64,000 bases of DNA from Candidatus Limnocylindrales bacterium (GCA_035559535.1 DATMBG010000002.1:1-64000); one strand, 5' to 3'; counted from the first letter of the stretch, positions 51,336 to 61,593 are shown. Notes: generated from the letters alone by a model not told the origin. Program-made: numbers and translations.

Positions 51336-51977
51336 CTATTTAATCCGCTCAAATTCTCCGGTGACCGAGTTGAAAATCACGAGATTGTAATTGGTTTGAA
51401 CGGTTGCCGTCACATCCGATACGGCTACATCGGTTACTTTTTCACCGGCCAGGAGATTCTGAGAACTCCAACGCCCCAGGGATGCAGAAAAGCCCAGAAT
51501 ACGACGGAGGGTAGCCACAAGCCCTACACTATTCCCAATCCTGGAATTAATAAGTCCTTCTCCAGCCATAAAGGAGGTCGTTGCCCAATTCAGGGCAGCC
51601 GGACTCAGGGCATGAGCCCCCAAATTGGTAATCACCAAAACTATCTGATCTCCTGCCTCAACCCCCCTGAGCGCACCCTCACCGGGTTTCAAATTTCGAA
51701 TAACCCAAATCCGGGTCCGCGCACTAAATCCCAAGATCCGACGATTCGTCAAGGCAAATCCCATGAGCCCTTCTGCTCCCGATTGAAGCACCCTCTCCCC
51801 CGGCATCAAGCGCTTAATAATGGCTCCCCCCTGACCGGAACTGATCGCAACAACTTTCTCCTCAAATACGGTTACCTGAACCTGATCGGGAATCTCCTGG
51901 GCATAGAGTCGGGAGGATAAACTAAGTAAACTGATCAGACTGAAAGTTAAAAGTTGTAAAAAGAAGGTCGAAACCAT
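51336..51977 (-). CDS. Exported beta-repeat protein, unknown function
   Basis: Signal peptide; four ~40-aa repeats with L.PGE/L.AGE and RRILGFSA. Confidence 0.7.
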   Translation of the reverse strand: MVSTFFLQLLTFSLISLLSLSSRLYAQEIPDQVQVTVFEEKVVAISSGQGGAIIKRLMPGERVLQSGAEGLMGFALTNRRILGFSARTRIWVIRNLKPGEGALRGVEAGDQIVLVITNLGAHALSPAALNWATTSFMAGEGLINSRIGNSVGLVATLRRILGFSASLGRWSSQNLLAGEKVTDVAVSDVTATVQTNYNLVIFNSVTGEFERIK

Positions 51978-52182
51978 GAAATTCAGACCTGTGGGTCCCT
52001 AAAGTTTAAATTCCTTGACATAAAACCTGTTTATACAACATAATACCCGGAGGGTAAAGAAGGCTACCTAAAACTTTAAGCTTCAACTATCCCATAAGCC
52101 CTAGGCCTATACCATAGACTACCTCTCCCCAGGGCCATTTAAATCACTTACCATTAAGGCATTTTTGATAACCTTTAACATC

Positions 52183-55100
52183 ATGGACTTAAAAAAATCT
52201 AAACGCTTTCTGGTCGGAGTAATCTTCTTCGTATTTTTGACCCTACTCATCGGATACGATATCTGGACCGATGTTTTAAATTATCACTTTCGTCTAAGCC
52301 CTAAAAAGGGGATTTCGAACACCATCGAACTGTATCGAGGAAAGGTAAACAGTTGGAACCCTTTTGGATTAAAGAAATATCAGCTAGAAACCGGATATCT
52401 ACGAAACCAGATCGAAGAGGATAAGCTTTTTGCCGAAAAACCCTTGACAAATTTTGAGACCTGGAATCTGGAACTCCTGGAATATTTCCCTCTTCTAAAA
52501 AGGATCTCTGCTTACCGGGAAATCGGAGAAATAGGAAAGGCTCTGAAATTAGCAGATACGGCCATTTCCAAAGAGAATAGGGCTCAAACCCAAGAGATCC
52601 TCCATCTTCTGGGTAATTTTCATTCAGGTAAAGTAATCTCTGTTTTGAAAGCCCATTTAGAACCCTCCGAAGATTCAAGTATCCGAAGAGATATCATTCC
52701 AATCCTGGGTTCCATGAAAATTCCCGAAGCCATGGAGGTTTTAATGACCTTATTGAAGGATTCAGACAAATACGTAAAACTGGATGCAGCCCAAGAACTT
52801 GTGCCAGTGGGAAGGACGGAAGTGATTGAACCCCTACTCATCTTACTCAAGGATTCGGATAAACAGGTCCAACTCAGGGCTGCAAAAATGCTCGTACAGT
52901 TAGGACGCGTGGAGGTAATAGAACCCTTGGTGACTTTACTGAAAGATCCCAATTATCATATTCGGACCGATGCCGCCAGGTTATTACTCCAATCCAGACG
53001 GGTCGAGATGATCGAACCTCTGGTAGCCTTACTGAAAGATCCGAATTCAGAAGTACGGCGTAATGTAACGGAAATACTGCTGGGCCTGGGTCATATTGAG
53101 ATGGTCGAGCCGCTGATAGCCTTGTTAAAGGATTCCGATACTTCTCTGCAGCTTAACGTGGCCGAGATGCTGGTAGAGTTGAAGCGGACCGAAGCGGTCG
53201 GGCCTTTGATAGCCTTGTTGAAAGATCCGGATCCGGAAGTACAAACCCGGGCGGCCTTTGCGTTGGCCCGGTTGAGTCAGGTCGAAGCGATAGAACCTTT
53301 GATAACTTTACTGAGACATCCGATTCCTTTCATGCGGTTTCGGGCCGCAGAAGCCCTTGTACAATTGAACCGTGCTGAAGTCGTTGAACCCCTGGTAGCC
53401 CTCCTCCAGGACCCAGATCCGGAGATACGAGCACGTGCAGCATCGGTACTGGGACGATTGGGACGGACCGAGGCAGTAGGTCCCTTATTATCCTTATTAA
53501 AGGATGAAGATCATTTTGTTCGACGCACGGCGACATCGGCCCTTGTAAAGTTGGGTCGTGCTGAGGCGATGGAACCTTTATTGACCATGGTTAAGGATAA
53601 AGATCCCCTCGTACGACGTACGGTGACTTCTCTATTAGGAGAACTAGGGCAGGCCGAAGCAGTAGAACCTTTGATCACCCTCTTAAAGGATCCAGATTCC
53701 GATGTACGAAACCGCGCCATATCCATGTTAGAAGAGCTGGATCGTACCGAAGCAGCCAAACCGCTGGTAGTCCTGTTAAAAGATCCGAATACCTTTGTAC
53801 GAAGCCATGCAGCAGAGGCCCTAATCCAGTTAGGTCAGGTCGAGATTTTGGAGCCTCTGATCACCTTATTGAAGGATGAGGATTCGGATGTGCGTAACCG
53901 TGTCGCTTCAATACTTATAGAATCAGGTCAGGTTGAAGCGGTAGAACCTTTGAAGGTTTTGTTGAAAGATCCAGATTCCGGGGTGCGAAGCCGTGCAGCG
54001 GCTGTACTGGCGGAGTTAGGTCGTATGGAGGCCGTAGAACCGCTCCTGGCTCTGCTAAAGGACCCGGACCCGGAAGTACGAAATCGTGCGGTATTTGCGC
54101 TGGTAGAACTGGGCCGCACGGAAGCTGTTGAACCCCTGATAGCTCTGCTGAGGGGTCCGGATAAATACGTACAAAACCGGGCCATAGCTGCCCTGGTGAA
54201 ATTGGGACGGGTTGAAGCTGTGGAACCACTCCTGATTTTACTAAAGGATCGGGATCCGGTGGTACGAAGGGGTGCAGCGCTTGCATTGGGAGAGTTCAAT
54301 CATGCCGAGGCAATAGAACCTTTAATGGCCTTATTAGAAGATCAAGATCCGGAGATACGAAATCGAGCGGCCCTGCTGTTGGGTAAATTGAGGTATCCAG
54401 GAGCTCTGGAATCCTTGATAAACTTATTAAAAGATCCGGATAAATATGTACAAATGGGTGCGGCCTCTGCATTGGGAGAATTGGGACGAGAGGAGGCTGT
54501 AGAACCTTTAGAGGTCTTACTGAAGGATCCCGATAAATATCTGCGATTGAGTGCGACCTCTGCACTGATAAAACTGAGATATCCAGAACCTGTTGAACAA
54601 TTGGGAGATCTTTTAAAGGATAAAGAACCCCTGGTGCGATATAGTACGGTCCAGGCGTTTGGAGAATCGGGTCTTACACAGGCTATAGAACCCCTGGCAG
54701 TTCTACTTAACGATCCCGATCCCTCCGTACGAAGTCGTACGGCATTGACCTTGGGTAAGTTATCTGCCGGGGAAAAGTTGGGGGCTCTTCAAGCTCTCTT
54801 CCAAGATGCCAGGGAAAAATATGAAGTTAAACTGGCTACAGCAATGGCTTTATGGGAATTAAACCAGAGGGAAGGCTTAGAATTTCTAATCGAGAAATCC
54901 AGAAGTCCAAGAGCCATCCAGCGAAGAAAAGTTGCAGAGATTTTGGGAGAAGTTTCCTCAGAACCAGGAACTTCTTTGCTGATATCCCTGCTCTCCGATA
55001 AGATACGAAGGGTTAGAATTCAAGCCATAGAATCTCTGGGACGTTCAAAGGGAAAAGCCTCTCTTTCCCATTTACATAGAATTCTCGAGGAATCTGATCC

Positions 55101-55863
55101 GAAAATTCGAGAGGTTACCGTAAAGGCCCTGACAGAAATAGCTTCGCCTGAAAGTGTTGAACCCTTGAAAAAAATAGCCCTGGATCCCCAAGAACGAATT
55201 CCTACCCGCCTATCTGCCATCACGGCCCTGGGAAATATTAAAACTGAACAGGCGGTACAGACTCTTTTAGAAATCCTCCAACAATCAGAAGAGATCTATC
55301 TCTTCAGCACCCTCCAGGCCTTAGGTAAAACGCACTCTCGTCAGGCAATCCCCTTTTTACAATCCCTCTTGAAACAACAGGAAGCACGCAGGCAGATCTG
55401 GCGAAAAGTTCGGGATGAGGATACAAAATTTTATACCGAACAACAATTTGAAGATTGGAAAAAACGATTGGAAGAGGTAAAACCCGAAAAACCGATAGAA
55501 TTTGAACTGGCCTATGTCCTCAGCCAACTGGATCCTGAAATCGAGGGAATTAAACTCCTCTCCCACGATCTGGCCTCTGTAAGAGAAGGGGCTTGGATGG
55601 GATTGTCCGGAGCTGGTACAGTTCAATTAATTCGGCAACTGGATCAGGAGCGACAGAGACGAAAGGGGGGTTCTCATCTTCATTTCCAAGAAGCCAGCTA
55701 TCGGGCTATAGACCATGCCCTTATTACTCTTCAGATGCAGGGAGGAAAAAAAGAACTAGAAGAGTTGAAAAAATTCCTGCTACAGGTTCAGGACGAAGAG
55801 GGAATTTCTACCCGAGTAGAATGGACGATCAAACGATGGAAAAATCTAAAGAATAATTCCTGA
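52183..55863 (+). CDS. Large membrane-anchored HEAT-repeat protein
   Basis: N-terminal TM; ~22 regular 31-aa repeats EPL..LLKD.D..VR..AA..L..LG; ATG 52183 preferred over TTG 52165. Confidence 0.88.
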   Translation: MDLKKSKRFLVGVIFFVFLTLLIGYDIWTDVLNYHFRLSPKKGISNTIELYRGKVNSWNPFGLKKYQLETGYLRNQIEEDKLFAEKPLTNFETWNLELLEYFPLLKRISAYREIGEIGKALKLADTAISKENRAQTQEILHLLGNFHSGKVISVLKAHLEPSEDSSIRRDIIPILGSMKIPEAMEVLMTLLKDSDKYVKLDAAQELVPVGRTEVIEPLLILLKDSDKQVQLRAAKMLVQLGRVEVIEPLVTLLKDPNYHIRTDAARLLLQSRRVEMIEPLVALLKDPNSEVRRNVTEILLGLGHIEMVEPLIALLKDSDTSLQLNVAEMLVELKRTEAVGPLIALLKDPDPEVQTRAAFALARLSQVEAIEPLITLLRHPIPFMRFRAAEALVQLNRAEVVEPLVALLQDPDPEIRARAASVLGRLGRTEAVGPLLSLLKDEDHFVRRTATSALVKLGRAEAMEPLLTMVKDKDPLVRRTVTSLLGELGQAEAVEPLITLLKDPDSDVRNRAISMLEELDRTEAAKPLVVLLKDPNTFVRSHAAEALIQLGQVEILEPLITLLKDEDSDVRNRVASILIESGQVEAVEPLKVLLKDPDSGVRSRAAAVLAELGRMEAVEPLLALLKDPDPEVRNRAVFALVELGRTEAVEPLIALLRGPDKYVQNRAIAALVKLGRVEAVEPLLILLKDRDPVVRRGAALALGEFNHAEAIEPLMALLEDQDPEIRNRAALLLGKLRYPGALESLINLLKDPDKYVQMGAASALGELGREEAVEPLEVLLKDPDKYLRLSATSALIKLRYPEPVEQLGDLLKDKEPLVRYSTVQAFGESGLTQAIEPLAVLLNDPDPSVRSRTALTLGKLSAGEKLGALQALFQDAREKYEVKLATAMALWELNQREGLEFLIEKSRSPRAIQRRKVAEILGEVSSEPGTSLLISLLSDKIRRVRIQAIESLGRSKGKASLSHLHRILEESDPKIREVTVKALTEIASPESVEPLKKIALDPQERIPTRLSAITALGNIKTEQAVQTLLEILQQSEEIYLFSTLQALGKTHSRQAIPFLQSLLKQQEARRQIWRKVRDEDTKFYTEQQFEDWKKRLEEVKPEKPIEFELAYVLSQLDPEIEGIKLLSHDLASVREGAWMGLSGAGTVQLIRQLDQERQRRKGGSHLHFQEASYRAIDHALITLQMQGGKKELEELKKFLLQVQDEEGISTRVEWTIKRWKNLKNNS

Positions 55864-55965
55864 AAAGTTAAGAAAAAGGTCTTGACAACCCCGGTAAGAT
55901 CAGCTTATTTTTTTGAAGTATCTTGTGACCCAGGATGAGGTTTTTCTCTCTGGAGTCTACCCCTT

Positions 55966-56038
55966 GCCGGGGTAGCTCAGTCGGTAGAGCGAAGGACTGA
56001 AAATCCTTGCGTCCGCGGTTCGATTCCGCGCCCCGGCA
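55966..56038 (+). tRNA. tRNA-Phe (GAA)
   Basis: GCCGGGG acceptor stem, AAGGA-CTGAAAA-TCCTT anticodon arm, GGTTCGATTCC. Confidence 0.96.
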
Positions 56039-56058
56039 TCCCAAATAAGGTCAAATAC

Positions 56059-56130
56059 GCCGGCGTAGCTCAGTGGTAGAGCAGCTGATTCGTAATCAGC
56101 GGGTCGTAGGTTCAACTCCTATCGCCGGCT
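56059..56130 (+). tRNA. tRNA-Thr (CGT)
   Basis: GCCGGCG acceptor stem, CTGAT-TCGTAA-TCAG region with anticodon CGT, GGTTCAACTCC. Confidence 0.95.
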
Positions 56131-56138
56131 TTTTTAAC

Positions 56139-56903
56139 TTAAGCAGGTCTAAAAGCAACTATCCGAAGTCTTCGGTAATCTGCAACCCAGATTCCATCCC
56201 GATATAATTTTGGCTTAAGCCAATCCTCCAGTTTTGTGATTACCTCGTTATGCTTCACAGGAGGAAGTTCTGTTAAAAGATGATTTCCAAACATCTCCAT
56301 CCAATGGCGAAATCCCTTTTCCCCATCTTCAAATGGGGTTGGACGATCAAAGAGAGTTGCATAGGTTACCTCAAAACCCTGTTTTTCCAGGAGGGAAGTA
56401 TATTCCCCGATACTGGGAAAATACCAGGGGATAAGTTCTGGCTTTACAGAATAACCTATCTCTTCAAAAACGTGATGGATCGCTGAAAGAATAGAGGCGA
56501 TATTTCCTTTTCCGCCTAATTCCGCAACAAAACGCCCCCCAGGTTTTAAAGCCTGCCAGATGCAGGCTATGACCCGCTCGGGTTCCTTCATCCAGTGAAG
56601 TGCTGCATTGGAAAATACGGCATCAAAAGGCTCCGGGAAGTGAAAGTCCCTTCCATCGGCTACTTCAAATCGTAGATCCGGATAATTCCTTCTGGCCTGC
56701 TCGATCATGGTAACAGCATTATCGATTCCCACAACTTCCGCTCCGACGTTGGCAATTTGCCGGGTCAGATGTCCCGTTCCGCATCCGAGATCCAGGATGC
56801 GTTCCCCTTTCTGAGGCGATAGAAGTTCGACCAAGTCCGTGGCAAACCTGGAAACGAAAGAATATTTACTGTCGTAAAGGGCCGCATTCCATTGAGTTGT
56901 CAT
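56139..56903 (-). CDS. Class I SAM-dependent methyltransferase (Tam-like)
   Basis: ILDLGCGTG, FDAVFSNAALHW, LKPGGRF. Confidence 0.88.
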   Translation of the reverse strand: MTTQWNAALYDSKYSFVSRFATDLVELLSPQKGERILDLGCGTGHLTRQIANVGAEVVGIDNAVTMIEQARRNYPDLRFEVADGRDFHFPEPFDAVFSNAALHWMKEPERVIACIWQALKPGGRFVAELGGKGNIASILSAIHHVFEEIGYSVKPELIPWYFPSIGEYTSLLEKQGFEVTYATLFDRPTPFEDGEKGFRHWMEMFGNHLLTELPPVKHNEVITKLEDWLKPKLYRDGIWVADYRRLRIVAFRPA

Positions 56904-57039
56904 ATCCTATAGAGCCGAGATGTCAATCTTAATCACAAAGCACACAAAGCCCTTTGGGTGCTTCGGATACATCGCGGTTTTATAAATTCCGTGACCTTTT
57001 AAAACCCGATCAAAAATTACCAAAGTATAGCCTATTACC

Positions 57040-57227
57040 TTTCCCTCCCTCGTTTCACAGGGGAGGGAACTTTGCTTCCAAGTCCCTTCCCCTGCAGAGC
57101 GGGGGAAGATCAGGAAGGGGGTCCCTCTTCCACGCTGGGGAGAGGGAAACTGGCAAATCTCCAGATTAACTCCCCAACTTCCTCTCCCGAAGCTTCGGGA
57201 GAGGAAGTTGGGGGTGAGGGTAGGGGT
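57040..57227. repeat. Palindromic repeat cluster, possibly also a terminator for leuA
   Basis: CCCCAACTTCCTCTCCCGAAG/CTTCGGGAGAGGAAGTTGGGG long stem plus related hairpins. Confidence 0.65.
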
Positions 57228-58384
57228 TATTCCAATCTAAACGCCTGAGCAATTCTCCTCAAATCCTCATCGACAACCTCCTTTTTCGAATCGGCTACTT
57301 CCAGAAACTTCATATGGACTTTTTCAAATACCTCATCGGTGAAGATATATCCCAATTCTCGCATTCGAAAACGGAGAGCATGCCGCCCTGAGCGGGCTGT
57401 CAGGATGATTTTGTGGGCAGGAGCTCCCACGACCTCCGGGGGGATAATCTCATAGGTTTTCCGATCCTTTAGAATCCCATCTTGATGGATACCGGAAGAG
57501 TGGGCGAAGGCATTGGCCCCGACAATCGCCTTGTTGGGTTGTACAGGAATATTCATCAATCGGCTTACAAGCTGACTGGTTGCGTAAATCTCCTGAGTAC
57601 GGATGCGAGTTTCCGCATCAAAATAATCTTTTCGGGTATAAAGCGCCATGACAACTTCTTCCAGAGAGGTATTTCCCGCACGTTCCCCAATCCCATTGAC
57701 GGTTACCTCAACCTGAGTGGCTCCATTCTCAATGGCGGTAAGAGTATTAATCGTGGCAAGACCCAAATCGTTATGGCAATGAACACTTAAAGTAACCCTA
57801 TCGGTGACCGGTACACGCTCCCGGATTTGCCGAATCAATTCCCCAAACTGTGCAGGTACTGCATAGCCAACCGTATCGGGGATATTAACCACGGTTGCAC
57901 CTGCTTTGATAACAGCTTCGATAACCCGGCAGAGATAGTCTGGATCACTTCGAGAGGCATCTTCGGTGGAGTATTCCACATCTTCGGTAAATTTCTTGGC
58001 GTATTTGACCGCCTCAACTCCCATCTCCAAACACTGTTCCCTATTTTTCCTGAGTTTTTTATCTACATGGATATCCGAAGTACCTAACACCATATGAATC
58101 CTGGGTCTTTCCGCAAAGCGTATGGCTTCCCATAAGGCATCTATATCTTTTTGAATCGTCCTGGCAAGTCCGGTAATCACGGGGCCCTTAATTTCCCGGG
58201 CGATACGCTTAACTGCTTCTAAATCGCCCGGAGAAGAAGCAGGAAAACCTGCTTCGATAACATCTACATTTAATCGAACTAATTGACGGGCTATCTCCAG
58301 TTTTTGTTCTGCGTTTAATTTGGCTCCAGGTACCTGTTCCCCATCCCGCAAAGTGGTGTCAAAAATCATGATAAATTTGCTCAT
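57227..58384 (-). CDS. leuA: 2-isopropylmalate synthase, short form lacking the C-terminal regulatory domain
   Basis: DTTLRDGEQ, HCHNDLG, GERAGN, HSSGIHQDG; only 385 aa; Leu leader peptide upstream. Confidence 0.9.
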   Translation of the reverse strand: MSKFIMIFDTTLRDGEQVPGAKLNAEQKLEIARQLVRLNVDVIEAGFPASSPGDLEAVKRIAREIKGPVITGLARTIQKDIDALWEAIRFAERPRIHMVLGTSDIHVDKKLRKNREQCLEMGVEAVKYAKKFTEDVEYSTEDASRSDPDYLCRVIEAVIKAGATVVNIPDTVGYAVPAQFGELIRQIRERVPVTDRVTLSVHCHNDLGLATINTLTAIENGATQVEVTVNGIGERAGNTSLEEVVMALYTRKDYFDAETRIRTQEIYATSQLVSRLMNIPVQPNKAIVGANAFAHSSGIHQDGILKDRKTYEIIPPEVVGAPAHKIILTARSGRHALRFRMRELGYIFTDEVFEKVHMKFLEVADSKKEVVDEDLRRIAQAFRLE

Positions 58385-58464
58385 CTCTGACTAATAAAAG
58401 TCAGAACCCAGAGGTCAGAAGTCAATATTTTTTTGGACTCCTGATTCCGGTCTTCCGACTCCTG

Positions 58465-58538
58465 AAAATAAAAAAGCCATGGACAACTTTGTTGAACCAT
58501 GGCCAAAAAAAATGCCATGGGTTTTTAGCCCATGGCAT
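58465..58538 (-). terminator. Two tandem intrinsic terminators of the leu attenuator
   Basis: ATGCCATGGG-loop-CCCATGGCAT followed by a T run, then GCCATGG-loop-CCATGGC-TTTTTTATTTT. Confidence 0.85.
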
Positions 58539-58563
58539 GTAGGAGAGTTAAGGGTTACACCGA

Positions 58564-58656
58564 TTACGCCCCTCTACATGCGATGGGCTTCTTAAGAAGG
58601 AGGAGCCCATCCAGAAGGCTAAGTAAAAGGGTTTGTAATCGGATTAAACCGGTCAT
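58564..58656 (-). CDS. leuL: Leucine-rich attenuator leader peptide (30 aa)
   Basis: MTGLIRLQTLLLSLLDGLLLLKKPIACRGA, 11 Leu, overlapping alternative hairpins. Confidence 0.85.
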   Translation of the reverse strand: MTGLIRLQTLLLSLLDGLLLLKKPIACRGA

Positions 58657-59043
58657 CTTATTTAGATCTTGATAAAATAGATAAAAAATCCCCCTCCTGG
58701 TCTGATAAGGAAGGGATAAAAACCTTTAGAATTCATCTCTTTCAGCTCTGCTCTTAATCAAGAGTAGAATCTCTTCCTTTATTTTGTCAAGGATTTTTAT
58801 TTAAAATTTTTGGAAAATGGCTTGACGGCTAAGGAAGAAGCAGTTTAAGTACTATCCATCCGCTCCCATGGGGCCTCAGTCATTAACTTAACGGCCTTGG
58901 GAGGGTACATGAGGTTTTAGCAGCGCGTTCTTTCAAGGCTTTATAGAAGGATAAACCGGGTAGGGCTTACGCATAAAGATCGGAGCAGATCTTAGGCTCT
59001 TAAAATCCATCAGTAACCTTAAAATCTTAGGAGTGTCGGGATT

Positions 59044-59958
59044 ATGAATTCAAATTTTGAAGGAATTTTTCCGGTTCTGGCCATTCCCTTTGATGAGAAG
59101 GGTCGGTTTGATGAAGAAAGCCTGCGGCGACTCATTGAGTTTCAGATCCGATGTGGGGTTCATGGCGTGGTTATTTTCGGATTGGCCAGTGAGGTTTATA
59201 AACTCACCGATGAGGAACGAAAAATCATTTTACAGGTCGTGGTAGATCAGGTGAAGGGACGGATACCTATCCTTGCAGGGGCAGAGCATACCGGTACGGA
59301 AGCCGCCGTTCAACGGAGTAAGACCATGGAAGACCTGGGGACTCAGGGGCTTATGCTGACTCCTCCTTCTCTGATCAAACCGGATGCCGAGGGGATTTTC
59401 GACTATTATCAGGCAGTTTCAGATGCCGTTGGTATCCCTATTATGATTCAGGATGCTCCAACCTGGACCGGGATTACCTTACCCCCTTCCCTGCTGGTTC
59501 GCATGATGAAGGAGATTGAAAAGGTGAAGTATGTAAAAGTAGAAGCCCCTCCAACCGGTCTTAAAATGTCCAGGATTATTGAATTGGGCGGGGACGCTGT
59601 AAAAGTATTCGGAGGCTATGGAGGCCTGTACTTCTTGGAAGAACTCAAACGAGGGATGTGTGGAAGCCTTCCGGGATGTGCCTTTCCGGAGGTTTTCGTC
59701 CAGATTTACAACTTCTTTAAAAAAGGTCAGGAACGAGAAGCGGAAGCTCTTTTCCACAAATATCTACCCCTGTTAGTCTTCCAACTGGCTTCTTTGGATG
59801 TTCTCATCCAGGTTCAGAAAATCATTCTCCACAAGGGAGGAATTTTCCAATCCGATTATGTTCGAAGACCTGCCACTCCCATCGATGAAATAACCCGAGC
59901 GGAACTGGATAGATTCTTGGATACACTTCCGTTAGCGGTTTTTAACCAATCTTCTTGA
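59044..59958 (+). CDS. DHDPS/NAL aldolase family protein
   Basis: GIFPV, G..SE..KLT.EER, IMIQD, catalytic Lys in YVKVE; not canonical DapA. Confidence 0.85.
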   Translation: MNSNFEGIFPVLAIPFDEKGRFDEESLRRLIEFQIRCGVHGVVIFGLASEVYKLTDEERKIILQVVVDQVKGRIPILAGAEHTGTEAAVQRSKTMEDLGTQGLMLTPPSLIKPDAEGIFDYYQAVSDAVGIPIMIQDAPTWTGITLPPSLLVRMMKEIEKVKYVKVEAPPTGLKMSRIIELGGDAVKVFGGYGGLYFLEELKRGMCGSLPGCAFPEVFVQIYNFFKKGQEREAEALFHKYLPLLVFQLASLDVLIQVQKIILHKGGIFQSDYVRRPATPIDEITRAELDRFLDTLPLAVFNQSS

Positions 59959-60294
59959 TAAAGTTTTCTCTTTAATTGACTAAAGGCTTTCTAGGTAATA
60001 GCAGGAAGGACCAGGGGTCTGCACCTTGGGATATGGCCGGAAAACCCAGCCTGGGTGATCGGGTTGTAACTACCTTTGTAAACCGGTAGTCGGGGAAGGG
60101 CTGAACGCGTTGAGTTCCACTCTAAAAGACCGGTTCTTATAGGCCGACTCAAAGGAATAACCTGGGCTAAATACGCGGATAAAGTCCTATTTTGTTCTTG
60201 ACATCCCTTGACGAAAGATGAGATACTTTAAAATTAGGGATATTGATTTGATCGAGACCAGGTTATTGTAACACTTTATTCAAGTGGAGGTTAC

Positions 60295-61263
60295 ATGCTG
60301 CTAGAGATAACTCGGGATGTTTATCAGTTGACATTACCTCTTCCTTTTCGCCTTCGGGAAGTCCATGCTTACCTAATTAAAGGACGAGAAGGTTATGGTT
60401 TAATAGACTGCGGAATTAATACCCAGGAATGTTTTGAGGCTTTAGAGAAAAGTATCCTCGAAGCCGGTATCCAGTTAACCGATGTCCATTCGGTCTTCAT
60501 GACCCACTATCATTCTGATCATTGCGGCTTAGCCGGACGAATTAAAGAGGTCTCTGGAGCTTCCCTTATCATGCAATCCGGAGAAGCCGAAGCCGTGGAG
60601 GCATTTCTGGAAATACCCCCGGAACAAGTGCATGATCCCTGTTTCTATATTGAACGCGGACTCCCTACGGAAAAATTCGAAGAAATGCAACAAATATTTC
60701 CCTATCTAAAATCTCTCATTTCGCCCCTTAAAATCGATGAGCGTATCGAAGATGGGATGGAGATATGGTTGGGGGATCTTCGATTCGAGGCTATTTGGAC
60801 ACCTGGGCACACGCCCGGACATGTCTGTCTTTACCAGCCTGAGCGGAAGTGGCTTTTTTGTGGAGATCATGTTTTGATAAAGATTACGCCCCACGTTGGT
60901 CTAAACTCGCGATCCACCCTGGCAAATCCCTTGGCGCACTATTTAGATTCTCTAAAGAAGGTCATGGGATTAGACGTTAAGCTGGCTTTTCCATCCCATG
61001 GACCTCTTATTCGACAATTTAAAGAGCGGGTTCAGGAGCTTATGGTACACCATAACCAGAGAAAGGAAGCCATTCTCCATATCCTGGGAAAAGAGCGAAA
61101 GTCTGCCTACGAAATTTCCACGGCTCTTTTTGGGGTTCGCTCCACACACTTTGAAAACTGGATGGCTTTCGCCGAAACCTTAGCGCACCTGGTGCTCCTG
61201 GCTTCTGAGGATAAGCTGGAAGAGATCCGGGAGAACGGACATGTTTTATACCAAATCCGATAG
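60295..61263 (+). CDS. MBL-fold metallo-hydrolase
   Basis: THYHSDH, PGHTPGH, GDH, PSHG. Confidence 0.9.
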   Translation: MLLEITRDVYQLTLPLPFRLREVHAYLIKGREGYGLIDCGINTQECFEALEKSILEAGIQLTDVHSVFMTHYHSDHCGLAGRIKEVSGASLIMQSGEAEAVEAFLEIPPEQVHDPCFYIERGLPTEKFEEMQQIFPYLKSLISPLKIDERIEDGMEIWLGDLRFEAIWTPGHTPGHVCLYQPERKWLFCGDHVLIKITPHVGLNSRSTLANPLAHYLDSLKKVMGLDVKLAFPSHGPLIRQFKERVQELMVHHNQRKEAILHILGKERKSAYEISTALFGVRSTHFENWMAFAETLAHLVLLASEDKLEEIRENGHVLYQIR

Positions 61264-61398
61264 CTTCCAGTGGACGAAGGACCACCGGGTAAAACCCGGG
61301 AAACTAGATTTTTATTACCTGGCCGAAAGGGTCATGCATAAAACCTGAGAAATTACTTAAAAATATTTTCTAATGCCAATTTGCCTTTAATATCTCAC

Positions 61399-61427
61399 GT
61401 AGAGGCAGGTTTGAAACCTGCCTGTAG
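61399..61427. repeat. GTAG-type REP
   Basis: GTAGAGGCAGGTTTGAAACCTGCCTGTAG, similar to 1672-1700. Confidence 0.65.
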
Positions 61428-61593
61428 AGAAGGATTGTATCCCTGTCCCATGAAAGGCAAATGGGTATAAAACCCCAAGATCTTAAGGTTTCCGGGGTTG
61501 ATGAGATAATTGAAATAATTTCTGAAAGTTTTAGGTGGTTTCTGGTAAGTAGGTTAAACGTCTCGTTTGATGAGTGATAGAATTCTTTTAGCC

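Noticed and set aside
52735-54780. 93-bp periodicity as a CRISPR or DNA tandem repeat
   Set aside because: Explained by protein HEAT repeats; the DNA copies are diverged and have no spacers
55966-56138. tRNA-anchored genomic island
   Set aside because: No integrase and no duplicated tRNA 3' end (att site) noticed in the window
59044-59958. Calling this gene dapA
   Set aside because: It lacks the GTTGE motif and the catalytic YN (has GLASE and QD), so only a family-level call is made
59960-60200. Possible ncRNA (6S or riboswitch) in a GC-richer intergenic region; also the hairpin at 58860-58905
   Set aside because: No recognisable consensus motifs by eye; needs an Infernal scan
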